From contig NZ_LN831039.1 in assembly GCF_001457595.1 (NCBI RefSeq), forward strand, positions 3,030,001-3,062,000: a stretch of DNA of 32,000 nt, given 5' to 3'. Numbering within the stretch: position 1 is the first letter of the stretch; every line of letters starts with the position of its first letter. Shown here one piece after another: positions 1 to 9,095 of the stretch. The position numbers and the translations under genes are program-made. Source of the stretch: Mycolicibacterium smegmatis (GTDB lineage: Bacteria; Actinomycetota; Actinomycetes; Mycobacteriales; Mycobacteriaceae). The notes under the pieces were generated by a model. It was not told the origin of the DNA and did no database searches. It worked only from the letters and a program-made list of their open reading frames with translations.

Positions 1-1
1 T

Positions 2-46
2 GCTGCCGAGTTCGAAGAGCGGTCTGAACCGAAGGGAAAACGATGA
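2..46 (+). CDS. 3' end of an upstream CDS entering the window (partial, product unknown)
   Basis: Frame 2 is open from the window edge (..AAEFEERSEPKGKR*) and its TGA at 44-46 overlaps the ATG at 43 as ATGA, typical of translationally coupled genes. Only 14 codons are visible. Confidence 0.35.
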   Translation, partial: AAEFEERSEPKGKR

Positions 47-855
47 CCACACAAACGAACTCGAACAGCATCCGGATCGGCGTGCAGTTGTGGCCGGGCG
101 GCGTCGCCGACTACCGCACCTGGCGTGACGCTGTCCTGAGAGCCGAAGAACTCGGTGTCGATGTGATCTTCGGCTACGACCACTTCCACCGCCCGACGGC
201 CGAGATCGTCGACGGCGGGCCGCGTCTGCTGCCTGATCAACCCGCCGTCAACAATTTCGAGGGCTGGACCGCGCTCGCATCCTGGGGCGAGATCACCACC
301 CGCACCGAGATCGGGTTGCTGGTCACCGGTATCGGCTACCGCAACCCCGACCTGCTTGCCGACATGGCCCGCACCGTGGACGGCCGACTCATCCTCGGCC
401 TCGGCTCTGGCTGGTACGAAAAGGACTACCACGATTACGGATACGAGTACGGCAGCGTCGCGTCGCGCATGGACCTGTTCGAGGCAGGCCTCGCGCGCAT
501 CGAGCAGCGGCTCGATCGGCTGGTGCCCGCGCCCCTGCGCCACATCCCGATCCTCATCGGTGGCGCCGGTGAGCGTCGGACCATGCCGCTGGTGGCCCGC
601 CACGCCGACATCTGGCACAGCTTCCTCGACATCGAGTCGTTCCGGAAGAAAAGCCAGTTGCTCGAACAGTTGGCCGACGGTGTCGATCGCGACCACAGGA
701 AGATCGACCGCGCCGTACAGTGGACGGGCGCCGACGAGGCCGGGGAGTACGTGGCAGAAGGGGTCACGTTGTTCACCGCTGTGATTCGTCCCGACACCAA
801 TGGCTACGAGTTCACCGAGGTGGAGAGCATGCTGGCCTGGCGCCGCGCTCAGTAG
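43..855 (+). CDS. LLM-class (luciferase-like, probably F420-dependent) oxidoreductase
   Basis: 270-aa ORF starting MTTQTNSNSIRIGVQLWPGG; contains LGLGSGWYEKDYHDYGYEYGS and IPILIGGAGERR, typical of F420-dependent LLM oxidoreductases. Confidence 0.87.
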   Translation: MTTQTNSNSIRIGVQLWPGGVADYRTWRDAVLRAEELGVDVIFGYDHFHRPTAEIVDGGPRLLPDQPAVNNFEGWTALASWGEITTRTEIGLLVTGIGYRNPDLLADMARTVDGRLILGLGSGWYEKDYHDYGYEYGSVASRMDLFEAGLARIEQRLDRLVPAPLRHIPILIGGAGERRTMPLVARHADIWHSFLDIESFRKKSQLLEQLADGVDRDHRKIDRAVQWTGADEAGEYVAEGVTLFTAVIRPDTNGYEFTEVESMLAWRRAQ

Positions 856-878
856 CTAAAAACATGTGGTCTGCTCCG

Positions 879-2330
879 CTATCGAACCTGTGCGCGCAAC
901 GCGTCCGTGCCATGGCGGTGCAGATCCTCGGCGACACCGACCACGTAATCGGCGAAGTCGCGGCGCTGCGCCACGTCGGCCCCGACGATCGAAGGTTCGG
1001 TGACAAGTCGGCGAACGGCTGCGCCGACCGGCAGGCCGGCCGTCATGGCCGTGAGCTCATCCGCCCGTGGATCTGCCAGTGCGGTGGGCTGTCCGTCGGC
1101 GTCGACCGGATCGACGACGTGCAGGGCCCACCCCGCGATCCCCAGCGCCGCCCACCGCGCGGGCGTTCCCTGGCCGGCGCGTGCCGACACCGTGCGGAGC
1201 AGTCGGGGACCGATTTTCTGGGACCCGTCGGAGGCCACTTGGAGCGTGGTGTGGGGCAGTGCGGTATTGGCGAACCGGGCGAGCACCGATTCGCCGTAGT
1301 CGCCCACCTCGAGCCCGGCGGGCGCGTCGAGCGACGGACGCACATCGTCCGCGAACAGGCGTCGGCAGATGTCGGCCAGCACAGAGTCGTGGACGGCTTC
1401 GGCGATCGAGCGGTACCCGAGACGCAGGCCGAGGTAGGCGAGCGTGGAGTGCGCGGCGTTGAGAACTCGCAGTTTGAGCTGTTCCCACGGCGCGACATCG
1501 TCGACCAGCTGCGTCCCGACCGCCGACCAGGCGGGCACCGGCCCCGCGAAACGGGATTCGATGACCCATTGACGGAACGGCTCGCACATCACCGGTGCCT
1601 GGTCGCGCACTCCGATACTCCGGGACAGTGCGGCGATGTCCTCGTCGGTGGTTGCAGGGACGATGCGGTCGACGACCGTCGACGGGTATGTGACCGTGGC
1701 GCCGTCGTCGACGGAAAGACCTGCCGCATCGGAGAATTCGTGCACAATCTGCTGAAGAAGGCGTCCATTGTGGGGCAGGTTGTCGCAGGAGATCACGGTG
1801 AGGGGTCCCGCTCCGGAACGTGCTCGCCGCGCGATCGCGTGTGCGAGGACGCCGGGCACCGTGCGCGGCGCACCCGAGTGCAAGTCGTCGGCAATTCTCG
1901 GGTGGTCGAAATCCAGTCCACCGGTGGCGGGGTCGAGGCAGTAACCCTTCTCGGTCACCGTCAGCGTCACCACGTGCACGGCGGGGTCACAGATGCGCTC
2001 GACCATCGCGGTCGGATCGGCTGAGCCGTCGCCGACCTCACGCAACGCCCCGACGACGCGAGGCGGCGATGCTGCCGCGCCGCGTTCGGTGACCGTGTAG
2101 AGGCCGTCCTGCGGTCGCAAACGTGTCGCGGCGGCGCCGCTGCGCTGGGTGAATGCCGCGATCGCCCAGTGAGTTTCGCCGGTGTGCCGCATGGCATCCT
2201 CGGTGTAGATCGCCTGGTGGGCCCGGTGGAAGGCGCCGAGACCCAGGTGAACCTGGCCGACGGTGAGCGCGTTCGGATCAGGCCGGGGAGGGACGGCGGT
2301 GCCGTAGCTGCCGAGCTTGAGCAGGTTCAC
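879..2330 (-). CDS. Mannitol dehydrogenase family protein, probable D-mannonate oxidoreductase / fructuronate reductase
   Basis: The track ORF extends to 2705, but recognisable protein begins at GTG 2330 ([17 protein letters not shown]...VHLGLGAFHRAHQAIYTEDA). Long-chain mannitol dehydrogenase features: GLGAFHRAHQ, SCDNLPHNG, KLRVLNAAHS. The start overlaps the upstream kinase stop (GTGA). Confidence 0.88.
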   Translation of the reverse strand: MNLLKLGSYGTAVPPRPDPNALTVGQVHLGLGAFHRAHQAIYTEDAMRHTGETHWAIAAFTQRSGAAATRLRPQDGLYTVTERGAAASPPRVVGALREVGDGSADPTAMVERICDPAVHVVTLTVTEKGYCLDPATGGLDFDHPRIADDLHSGAPRTVPGVLAHAIARRARSGAGPLTVISCDNLPHNGRLLQQIVHEFSDAAGLSVDDGATVTYPSTVVDRIVPATTDEDIAALSRSIGVRDQAPVMCEPFRQWVIESRFAGPVPAWSAVGTQLVDDVAPWEQLKLRVLNAAHSTLAYLGLRLGYRSIAEAVHDSVLADICRRLFADDVRPSLDAPAGLEVGDYGESVLARFANTALPHTTLQVASDGSQKIGPRLLRTVSARAGQGTPARWAALGIAGWALHVVDPVDADGQPTALADPRADELTAMTAGLPVGAAVRRLVTEPSIVGADVAQRRDFADYVVGVAEDLHRHGTDALRAQVR

Positions 2331-3250
2331 GCGAGGACCTCCGCGTGCGCACGCACGGCCTCCAGTGGCGCGATGCCGCCGCTGCCACCGACACCACCGA
2401 CGGCCAGTGACGCCGCCGCGGCACCGATCCGCACCGCGTCGGACGTTTCGTCGCCGAGAGCCAGACGTGCCGCGACGGTACCGGTGAACACATCGCCGGC
2501 ACCGGTCTGATCCACCACACTGGGGGCCGCGAAAGCCCCCTGCCAGTATGTGGTTTCGGCGTCGACATGGACACCCGCGGCGCCGCACGTCACGGCGACC
2601 GCCGCAGCGCCTGCAGTTCGCAACCGCGCGGCGGCCTCGGCCGCCTCGGAGGTGCCGAGCAGTGCCGCGCACTCGTGCGGGGCCGACGGTGTGATCAGCG
2701 CACACCTCGGCGCGATCTCGAGCAGCAGGGCGCGTGCGTCCTCCGCCGTGGTCAGGCGCGGACGGAAATTGGGGTCGTAGACGAATCTGGTGGCCCGGCC
2801 GGCTGCGGCGAGCACGGTCGCACGAGTGGTGCTCGACAGTGATGCGGTGATCCCGCTGACCACCACGGCTCCTGCGCTCTCCAGAACATCGTCGGGCAGA
2901 TCCTCCGGCGCGAGCCGCGAACCGGCGGAACCGCTCCGGGCATAACAGAACTGACGATCACCCTTGGGGTCGGAATGCTGGACGTAGATGCCCTGGAAGC
3001 CTCGGTCACGCCGGATGTGACCGGTGTGCACACCGAGACCCGCGAGGTGGTCGATGACGGCCGTGCCGAGTTCGTCGTCGGAGACCCGGGCGACCACCGC
3101 GACGCGTGCTCCGGCCGCCACCGCGGCCGTGGCCGTGTTCACCACGTCGCCGGACACCGCGAATCCGCAGTCCACGCCGTGCGTGATCTTTCCGCGGGTA
3201 CTGACCTCGATGAGCGGCTCGCCGAGTGCCACCACGTCGAACGTGCTCAC
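2327..3250 (-). CDS. kdgK: PfkB-family sugar kinase, probable 2-keto-3-deoxygluconate kinase
   Basis: 307 aa; [17 protein letters not shown]..., YDPNFRPRL, and the C-terminal PfkB signature [18 protein letters not shown] start overlaps the stop of the upstream dehydratase. Confidence 0.85.
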   Translation of the reverse strand: MSTFDVVALGEPLIEVSTRGKITHGVDCGFAVSGDVVNTATAAVAAGARVAVVARVSDDELGTAVIDHLAGLGVHTGHIRRDRGFQGIYVQHSDPKGDRQFCYARSGSAGSRLAPEDLPDDVLESAGAVVVSGITASLSSTTRATVLAAAGRATRFVYDPNFRPRLTTAEDARALLLEIAPRCALITPSAPHECAALLGTSEAAEAAARLRTAGAAAVAVTCGAAGVHVDAETTYWQGAFAAPSVVDQTGAGDVFTGTVAARLALGDETSDAVRIGAAAASLAVGGVGGSGGIAPLEAVRAHAEVLA

Positions 3251-4455
3251 CAGTCGTGCACCGAACCGTCGGCACGACGGTTGACCGGAAGGGATTTCGG
3301 GTCGTACGGAAAACGCGCGGCGGCCTGTTCGTCGACCTCGACACCGAGTCCGGGTGCATCGCCGGGATGCATCAGCCCGTTCTGGAACGTCCAGTTGGTG
3401 CGGAACACCTCGTCGGCCGGTTCTACGTGACCCATGTACTCCTGGACGCCGAAGTTCGGCACCGACATGTCGATGTGCAGCGCCGCGGCGAACGACACGG
3501 GGGACAGGTCACCGGCCCCGTGGGATCCCGTTCGCACACCGTACAATTCGGCCAGCGCGAAGATCCTGCGCAGATGTGTCACACCGCCCGCGTGGGACAC
3601 CGAGGTGCGGATGTAGTCGATCAGGCGCTCGGTGATCAGGTGCTGGCAGTCCCAGATCGAGTTGAACACCTCACCGACCGCGAGTGGGGTGGTGGTGTTC
3701 TGCCGGATCAGGCGGAACGCCTCCTGGTCCTCGGCCGGCGTGGGGTCCTCCATCCAGAACAACCGGTGCTCTTCGACATCTCGGCCCAGCCGGGCCGCCT
3801 CAATCGGGCTGAGCCGGTGATGGACGTCGTGCAGCAGGTGCACGTCGAATCCGAAACGTTCGCGGACGGCCCCGAGCATACGCGGTGCGAAGCGCAGGTA
3901 CGGGCCGGTCTCCCAACTCTCCTCGGCAGGCAGATGCGCGGACGCGGGTTCGTACAGCGACGAGCCGGGATGCACGCCGTAGACCTTGCCCATCCCGGGC
4001 ACCGCGCACTGGGCCCGCACGGCGCGGTAACCGCGGTCGACGTACCCGGCGAAGTCGTCGAGCATCTCTTCGAGGCTCGCACCGCTGGCGTGCCCGTAGA
4101 CCATCACGCCGTCGCGCGCCGCACCGCCCAGTAGCTGGTAGAGCGGCATCCCGGCGGCCTTGCCCTTGATGTCCCACAACGCGATGTCGACCGCGGCGAT
4201 CGCGGTCATCGTGACCGGGCCCCGGCGCCAGTAGGCGCCCTTGTAGAAGTACTGCCAGGTGTCCTCGATGCGCTGGGCGTCGCGGCCGATGAGTTGCGGA
4301 CACACGTGGTCTCGCAGATAGGACGCGACGGCGAGTTCACGGCCGTTGAGCGTTGCGTCGCCCCAGCCCACCAGACCATCGTCGGTGGTGATCTTGAGGG
4401 TGACGTAGTTGCGTCCTGGTGCCGTGACGAGCACATCCGCGGCGACGATCTTCAT
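3247..4455 (-). CDS. Enolase-superfamily D-mannonate dehydratase (RspA/ManD subgroup)
   Basis: ATG at 4455 gives 402 aa [40 protein letters not shown]...[28 protein letters not shown]...[12 protein letters not shown]...[34 protein letters not shown]. The track start at 4491 would run through the promoter/operator. Confidence 0.88.
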   Translation of the reverse strand: MKIVAADVLVTAPGRNYVTLKITTDDGLVGWGDATLNGRELAVASYLRDHVCPQLIGRDAQRIEDTWQYFYKGAYWRRGPVTMTAIAAVDIALWDIKGKAAGMPLYQLLGGAARDGVMVYGHASGASLEEMLDDFAGYVDRGYRAVRAQCAVPGMGKVYGVHPGSSLYEPASAHLPAEESWETGPYLRFAPRMLGAVRERFGFDVHLLHDVHHRLSPIEAARLGRDVEEHRLFWMEDPTPAEDQEAFRLIRQNTTTPLAVGEVFNSIWDCQHLITERLIDYIRTSVSHAGGVTHLRRIFALAELYGVRTGSHGAGDLSPVSFAAALHIDMSVPNFGVQEYMGHVEPADEVFRTNWTFQNGLMHPGDAPGLGVEVDEQAAARFPYDPKSLPVNRRADGSVHDW

Positions 4456-4456
4456 G

Positions 4457-4491
4457 CTTACATACAAGTACTGACGCGCAAGATCTGTCAA
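4457..4491 (-). promoter_or_regulatory. Candidate promoter with overlapping GntR-family operator for the dehydratase-kinase-reductase operon
   Basis: On the - strand TTGACA (4491-4486), 17-nt spacer, then CTTGTATGTAAG (4468-4457) immediately upstream of the ATG at 4455. The same arrangement occurs at 5272-5306. Confidence 0.6.
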
Positions 4492-4520
4492 CAGGGCAGG
4501 TATTCCAATAAGCTGTCTCC

Positions 4521-5228
4521 ATGACGGCGCCGAAGCAGGGTACGAACCGTGAACGTGTGTATGCCGAGCTGCGGCGACAGATCGTCACCCTGGCGCTCGC
4601 GCCCGGCGCCTCGCTGTCGGAGAACGAACTCGCCGCGCAGCTCTCGGTGAGTCGCACACCGGTCCGGGAGAGCCTGATCCTGCTCGCTGACGAGGGCCTG
4701 GTGCAGATCTTTCCCAAGCTGGGCTCCTTCGTGGCCAGGATCGACCCCGAACGTGTGGCCGACGCGCAGTTCATCCGCGAGGCGATCGAACTCGCCAACA
4801 TCCCGCAGGCCGTGGAACGTGCCGATCGCGCCGCGATCGCGGAGTTGCGTGCGCTGATCGCGGCGCAGCGCGAGACCACCGACGTCAACACCTTTTTCGA
4901 ACTCGACGAACAGTTCCACCGATGCCTGCTCGCCACCGGTGGCCACGCCAACGCCTGGCGGACCGTCGTGGCCGCCAAAGCCCACCTGGACCGGGCGCGT
5001 CGACTCGGGATGCTCAGTGAGAGCTCGATCCAGTCGTTGACGGACGAGCATGCCGCCATCGTCGACGCGGTGGACGGCGGTGACGGCGACAAGGCGACCG
5101 CGGCACTGCGGGATCACCTGCGCAAGGTGTTCACCGACATCGAGAAGATCCGCTCACGTTCTCCTGAGCTGTTCGCCGACGGAGCCACCGCTCGCCCCAC
5201 GCGTCGTGTCGTAGCCGTCTGGCAGTAG
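4521..5228 (+). CDS. GntR-family transcriptional regulator (FadR/FCD subfamily)
   Basis: 235 aa; N-terminal w[65 protein letters not shown] followed by an FCD-like all-alpha domain ([13 protein letters not shown]...[12 protein letters not shown]). Confidence 0.93.
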   Translation: MTAPKQGTNRERVYAELRRQIVTLALAPGASLSENELAAQLSVSRTPVRESLILLADEGLVQIFPKLGSFVARIDPERVADAQFIREAIELANIPQAVERADRAAIAELRALIAAQRETTDVNTFFELDEQFHRCLLATGGHANAWRTVVAAKAHLDRARRLGMLSESSIQSLTDEHAAIVDAVDGGDGDKATAALRDHLRKVFTDIEKIRSRSPELFADGATARPTRRVVAVWQ

Positions 5229-5271
5229 GTCGCTGCGCGCCGTTCAGTGGCGATCTTGTCGGTACCGACTG

Positions 5272-5306
5272 TTGACAAGGCTTGGCTCTCAGGGCTTGTA
5301 TGTAAG
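5272..5306 (+). promoter_or_regulatory. Candidate promoter with overlapping GntR-family operator upstream of the transporter operon
   Basis: TTGACA (5272-5277), 17-nt spacer, CTTGTATGTAAG (5295-5306). The 12-mer is identical to the reverse complement of 4457-4468. Confidence 0.6.
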
Positions 5307-5373
5307 TAATGCCGCTCACATCCGCTCGTCGCGGGAGCTCTTGCCCGGCCGCCTCAGCAGCAAGGAACGCACG

Positions 5374-6723
5374 ATGACCAACAACGTGGAAACGCCACGG
5401 GACACACAGAACGAATCGAACCGGGCGACGCCGAATCTGCGCAGGACCGTCCTCGCCTCGGTGATCGGCACGATCGCCGAGTATTACGACTTCTTCATCT
5501 ACGGCACCGCGTCGGCGTTGGTGTTCAACAAGATCTTCTTCCCCGAAGTCGACCCGTTGGTGGGCACCCTCGCGGCCTTCTCGACCTACGCGGTGGGATT
5601 CTTCGCGCGTCCGCTCGGCGGGATCGTGTGGGGTCACGTCGGTGACCGCATCGGCAGGAAGAAGGCATTGGTCTTCACCCTGCTTCTCACAGGGTTCGGC
5701 ACGTTCCTGGTCGGTGTGATGCCGACGTATCAGCAGATCGGCCTGTGGGCCGCGGTCGTTCTCCTCGTGGTCCGGTTGATCCAGGGCTTCGGTGTCGGCG
5801 GCGAGCAAGGTGGTGCGGTCCTGCTGACAGCCGAGGCGTCACCGCCGCAACGCCGCGGATTCTTCGCGAGCTTCGTCCAACTCGGTTCTCCCGTCGCCTA
5901 TCTCATTCCCACTGCGCTTTTCGCGGTGTTGCAGGCACGTATGGACGACGAGACGTTCCTGTCCTGGGGCTGGCGAATCCCGTTCCTGCTCAGCGCCATC
6001 GTGATCGTCGTCGGTCTCTACATCCGGCTGCGGGTGCCCGAAACCGAGGCGTTCCGGGCCGTGAAGGAACAAGGCGGCCGACGCCCGGCACCGCTGCGCA
6101 CCCTGTTGGCCGACCATCGGCGCGAGGTGATCGGCGGCATGGCGGTCAAGTTCGTCGAGGCCGCGATGTTCCCCTTCTACACGATCTTTCTCGTCACCTA
6201 CGCACGTAGCCAGAACGTCGACCCCGCAATAGTTCTCGACGCGGTGATCATTGCGATCGTCGCCGAGGTGGTCATGGTGCCGCTGTGGGGCAGGCTCACC
6301 GACCGGGTCGGGCGCAAACCCGTCTACCTCGGCGCGGCGGTGCTGAACCTCGTGCTGCTGATCCCGGCCTTCCACGCGGTCCAGACCGGAAACTTCATGG
6401 TGATCGCCGCACTGCTGATCGCCGGCCTCGCAGTGGGGCACGCCGGGACCTACGCGCCGCAGGCGTCGTACTTCCCCGAATTGTTCCCGTCCTCGGTGCG
6501 CTACAGCGGCGTGTCGGTCGTCTGGCAGTTCGGCGCGATGATCGCGAGCGGACCTTTCACCGTCATCGCCGCGGCGCTTCTCATCGCCGGGAACAGCTCG
6601 TATGTCTGGGTGGCCGTCTATGTGGCGGTGTTGATCCTCATCAGCATCTTCGCGCTGGTGCGGATGCCAGAAACCGCGGTGCGCCCCCGTGGGGGCACCG
6701 AGTACGCCGACTGGTCGAACTGA
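5374..6723 (+). CDS. MFS transporter, metabolite:H+ symporter (MHS/ShiA-like) family
   Basis: ATG at 5374 after AAGGAACG; 449 aa with LASVIGTIAEYYDFFIYGTASALVFNKIFFPEVDP and GHVGDRIGRKKALV. The track start at 5272 is inside the predicted promoter. Confidence 0.9.
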   Translation: MTNNVETPRDTQNESNRATPNLRRTVLASVIGTIAEYYDFFIYGTASALVFNKIFFPEVDPLVGTLAAFSTYAVGFFARPLGGIVWGHVGDRIGRKKALVFTLLLTGFGTFLVGVMPTYQQIGLWAAVVLLVVRLIQGFGVGGEQGGAVLLTAEASPPQRRGFFASFVQLGSPVAYLIPTALFAVLQARMDDETFLSWGWRIPFLLSAIVIVVGLYIRLRVPETEAFRAVKEQGGRRPAPLRTLLADHRREVIGGMAVKFVEAAMFPFYTIFLVTYARSQNVDPAIVLDAVIIAIVAEVVMVPLWGRLTDRVGRKPVYLGAAVLNLVLLIPAFHAVQTGNFMVIAALLIAGLAVGHAGTYAPQASYFPELFPSSVRYSGVSVVWQFGAMIASGPFTVIAAALLIAGNSSYVWVAVYVAVLILISIFALVRMPETAVRPRGGTEYADWSN

Positions 6724-6747
6724 TCGCCCGAAAGGATCACCCCTTCG

Positions 6748-8124
6748 ATGTCCAACACCGTCGACAGTTCACCGGCACGTGCCACGACGCGGACCACCGG
6801 GGACCTGGCCAAGGCAGCGGTATCCGGATGGCTCGGCACCGCAATGGAGTTCATGGACTTCCAGCTCTACTCGCTGGCGGCTGCCATCGTCTTCAACAAG
6901 ATCTTCTTCCCCGATGTGAGCCCGGCCATCGGCCTCATCGCGGCGATGGCGACCTACGGGGTGGGTTACGTCGCGCGTCTGGCCGGAGCCATCTTCTTCG
7001 GGCGCATGGGCGACCGCATCGGTCGCAAGAAGGTCCTGTTCATCACCATCGCCATGATGGGTGCGTCGACCACGCTGATCGGTGTCCTGCCCACCCACGC
7101 GACCATCGGGATCATGGCGCCGATCCTGCTGGTGGCCCTGCGGCTGATCCAGGGATTCGGTGCGGGGGCCGAGATCGCCGGTGCCACAACCATGCTCGCC
7201 GAATACGCGCCGCCGAAACGGCGTGGCCTGATCGCGTCGCTGGTCTGCCTGGGCACCAACTCGGGCACGCTCGCGGCTTCCGGTCTGTGGGCCGTGCTGC
7301 TCGCGGTTCTCAGTGAGGAACAACTCCTGAGTTGGGGCTGGCGGATACCGTTCCTGCTCAGCTTCGTGCTGATGCTCTTCGCGATCTGGCTGAGGCTGAA
7401 TCTCAAGGAAAGCCCGGTGTTCGAGGAACGCCCCGACGTCGTCGACGGTGTCGCGCTGTCGCGTGACCAACTCGAGGCCGCGGCGTCGCGGGAGAGCGTG
7501 CTGGAAGCCGGCCTGCGTCAGCGGAAAGGCAAGGCGTTCCTGGTCGCGCTCGGTCTGCGGTTCGGCCAGGCCGGCAATTCCGGACTGGTGCAGACGTTCC
7601 TGGTCGGCTACATCGCCACGACGCTGATGATGAACAAGTCGGTGGCCACCAGTGCGATCATGTACGGCTCCCTGGTCGGGTTCATCACCATCCCGATCGT
7701 CGGCTGGTTGGGCGACCGGTACGGGCGGCGCTTGATCTACATCGTGCTGACGACGCTGACCGCGATCCTGGCCTTTCCGTTGATGATCGGTGTCACCAGC
7801 GGCAGCGACACCGTCATGGTGCTGTCGATGATGATCGCCCTCAACGTCGGTGTGCTCGGTCTGTTCTCGCTGGAGAGTGTGACCATGGCAGAACTGTTCG
7901 GCTCGCGCACCCGGTTCACGCAACTGGCCCTCACCAAGGAGATCGGCGGGATCCTCGCCACCGCCATCGGACCGGTGGTCGCCGCGAGCCTGACCGCGGC
8001 GACCGGAAGCTGGTGGCCGATTGCGGCGATGCTGGTGGTGTATTCGCTCATTACGCTGGTGTCGGCGGTGCTCAGCCCAGAGACCCGCGGCCGGGATCTC
8101 GTGCAACTGGAGGATGCCCTGTGA
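6748..8124 (+). CDS. MFS transporter, metabolite:H+ symporter (MHS) family, second tandem copy
   Basis: 458 aa; MEFMDFQLYSLAAAIVFNKIFFPDVSP, GRMGDRIGRKKVLF, RLIQGFGAGAEIAGA. Paralogous to the preceding CDS. Confidence 0.92.
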   Translation: MSNTVDSSPARATTRTTGDLAKAAVSGWLGTAMEFMDFQLYSLAAAIVFNKIFFPDVSPAIGLIAAMATYGVGYVARLAGAIFFGRMGDRIGRKKVLFITIAMMGASTTLIGVLPTHATIGIMAPILLVALRLIQGFGAGAEIAGATTMLAEYAPPKRRGLIASLVCLGTNSGTLAASGLWAVLLAVLSEEQLLSWGWRIPFLLSFVLMLFAIWLRLNLKESPVFEERPDVVDGVALSRDQLEAAASRESVLEAGLRQRKGKAFLVALGLRFGQAGNSGLVQTFLVGYIATTLMMNKSVATSAIMYGSLVGFITIPIVGWLGDRYGRRLIYIVLTTLTAILAFPLMIGVTSGSDTVMVLSMMIALNVGVLGLFSLESVTMAELFGSRTRFTQLALTKEIGGILATAIGPVVAASLTAATGSWWPIAAMLVVYSLITLVSAVLSPETRGRDLVQLEDAL

Positions 8125-9095
8125 AAGCTGTCGTGGTGCACGGCGCCAACGATCTCCGGGTCGAAGAACTGCCGGATCCCGCGCCGGGCACGGGCGAGGT
8201 TCTCGTCGCGATGGAGTGGGGTGGGATCTGCGGATCCGACATCTCGTACTGGCGCCACGGATCCACCGGCACCGCCGTCCTGAAGCACCCCATGGTGCTC
8301 GGCCACGAGGTGGCGGGTCACATCGCGGGCGTCGGCGCCGGGGTCACCGGACTACGCGAGGGCGACCGGGTCACCATCCACCCGGCCACCGAATCGGGCG
8401 GATACTTCGGCTCGGCGGCCTTCGATCCGCACACCGACGGGGGCTTCTGCGGTCTGAAAGTGGTGCGCGCCGAGCAGATACGTCGACTTCCCGACGCGGT
8501 CGACACGGTGCGTGGCGCGCTCGCCGAGCCACTCGCGGTGGCGATGCACGCGGTGAACCGCGCCGGTACGGTACGCGGACGCGATGTCCTGGTGAACGGT
8601 GCGGGCCCCATCGGGGCGCTCGTGGTGGCGGCCGCCAAGTACGCGGGCGCTGCGAGCGTGGTGGCCGCGGACGTCGTCGAGGCACCACTGGCGATCGCAA
8701 AGGCGATGGGCGCCGACGGCGTCGTCAATCTCGCTGGCGGTGAACAACTTCCGTCCGACGTCGCGGTGGTGTTCGAGGCCTCGGGCGCAGTGGCCGCACT
8801 GGGCGGGGTGCTGCACGCCGCGGCGCGCAACGGCGTCGTGGTACAGGTGGGCAACCTGCCCGGCCAACCGACGCCGGCGAGCCTCGGCGACCTGGTCAGC
8901 CGGGAGCTCACCTGGATCGGGTCATTCCGGTTCGTCGACGAGATCACCGACGCCGTCGCGGCCCTGAACGACGGTCTCGACGTCACCCCGCTGATCACCC
9001 ACCGCTATCCGATCGACCACGCCGCGGAGGCGATCGCCGTCGCGGCCGATCGCAACACCGGCAGCGGCAAGGTGCTCATCCAACTGAACGGTTGA
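8121..9095 (+). CDS. Zinc-binding medium-chain dehydrogenase, L-idonate / L-gulonate 5-dehydrogenase-like
   Basis: GTG at 8121 overlaps the preceding stop (GTGA); 324 aa VKAVVVHGANDLRVEELP...GGICGSDISYW...VLGHEVAGHIAGVGAGVTGLREGDRVTIHP...VNGAGPIGALVVAAAKYAGA. Confidence 0.87.
   Translation: MKAVVVHGANDLRVEELPDPAPGTGEVLVAMEWGGICGSDISYWRHGSTGTAVLKHPMVLGHEVAGHIAGVGAGVTGLREGDRVTIHPATESGGYFGSAAFDPHTDGGFCGLKVVRAEQIRRLPDAVDTVRGALAEPLAVAMHAVNRAGTVRGRDVLVNGAGPIGALVVAAAKYAGAASVVAADVVEAPLAIAKAMGADGVVNLAGGEQLPSDVAVVFEASGAVAALGGVLHAAARNGVVVQVGNLPGQPTPASLGDLVSRELTWIGSFRFVDEITDAVAALNDGLDVTPLITHRYPIDHAAEAIAVAADRNTGSGKVLIQLNG

Noticed and set aside
2331-2705. N-terminal extension of the mannitol dehydrogenase-family ORF
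   Set aside because: The extension is Arg/Gly/Cys-rich and overlaps the kinase gene; GTG 2330 with a GTGA overlap is the credible start.
5839-6441. Minus-strand ORF (200 aa) antisense to the first MFS transporter, and similar frames at 6769-8106
   Set aside because: His/Asp/Gln-rich composition without a recognisable fold and opposite to clear MFS coding sequence.
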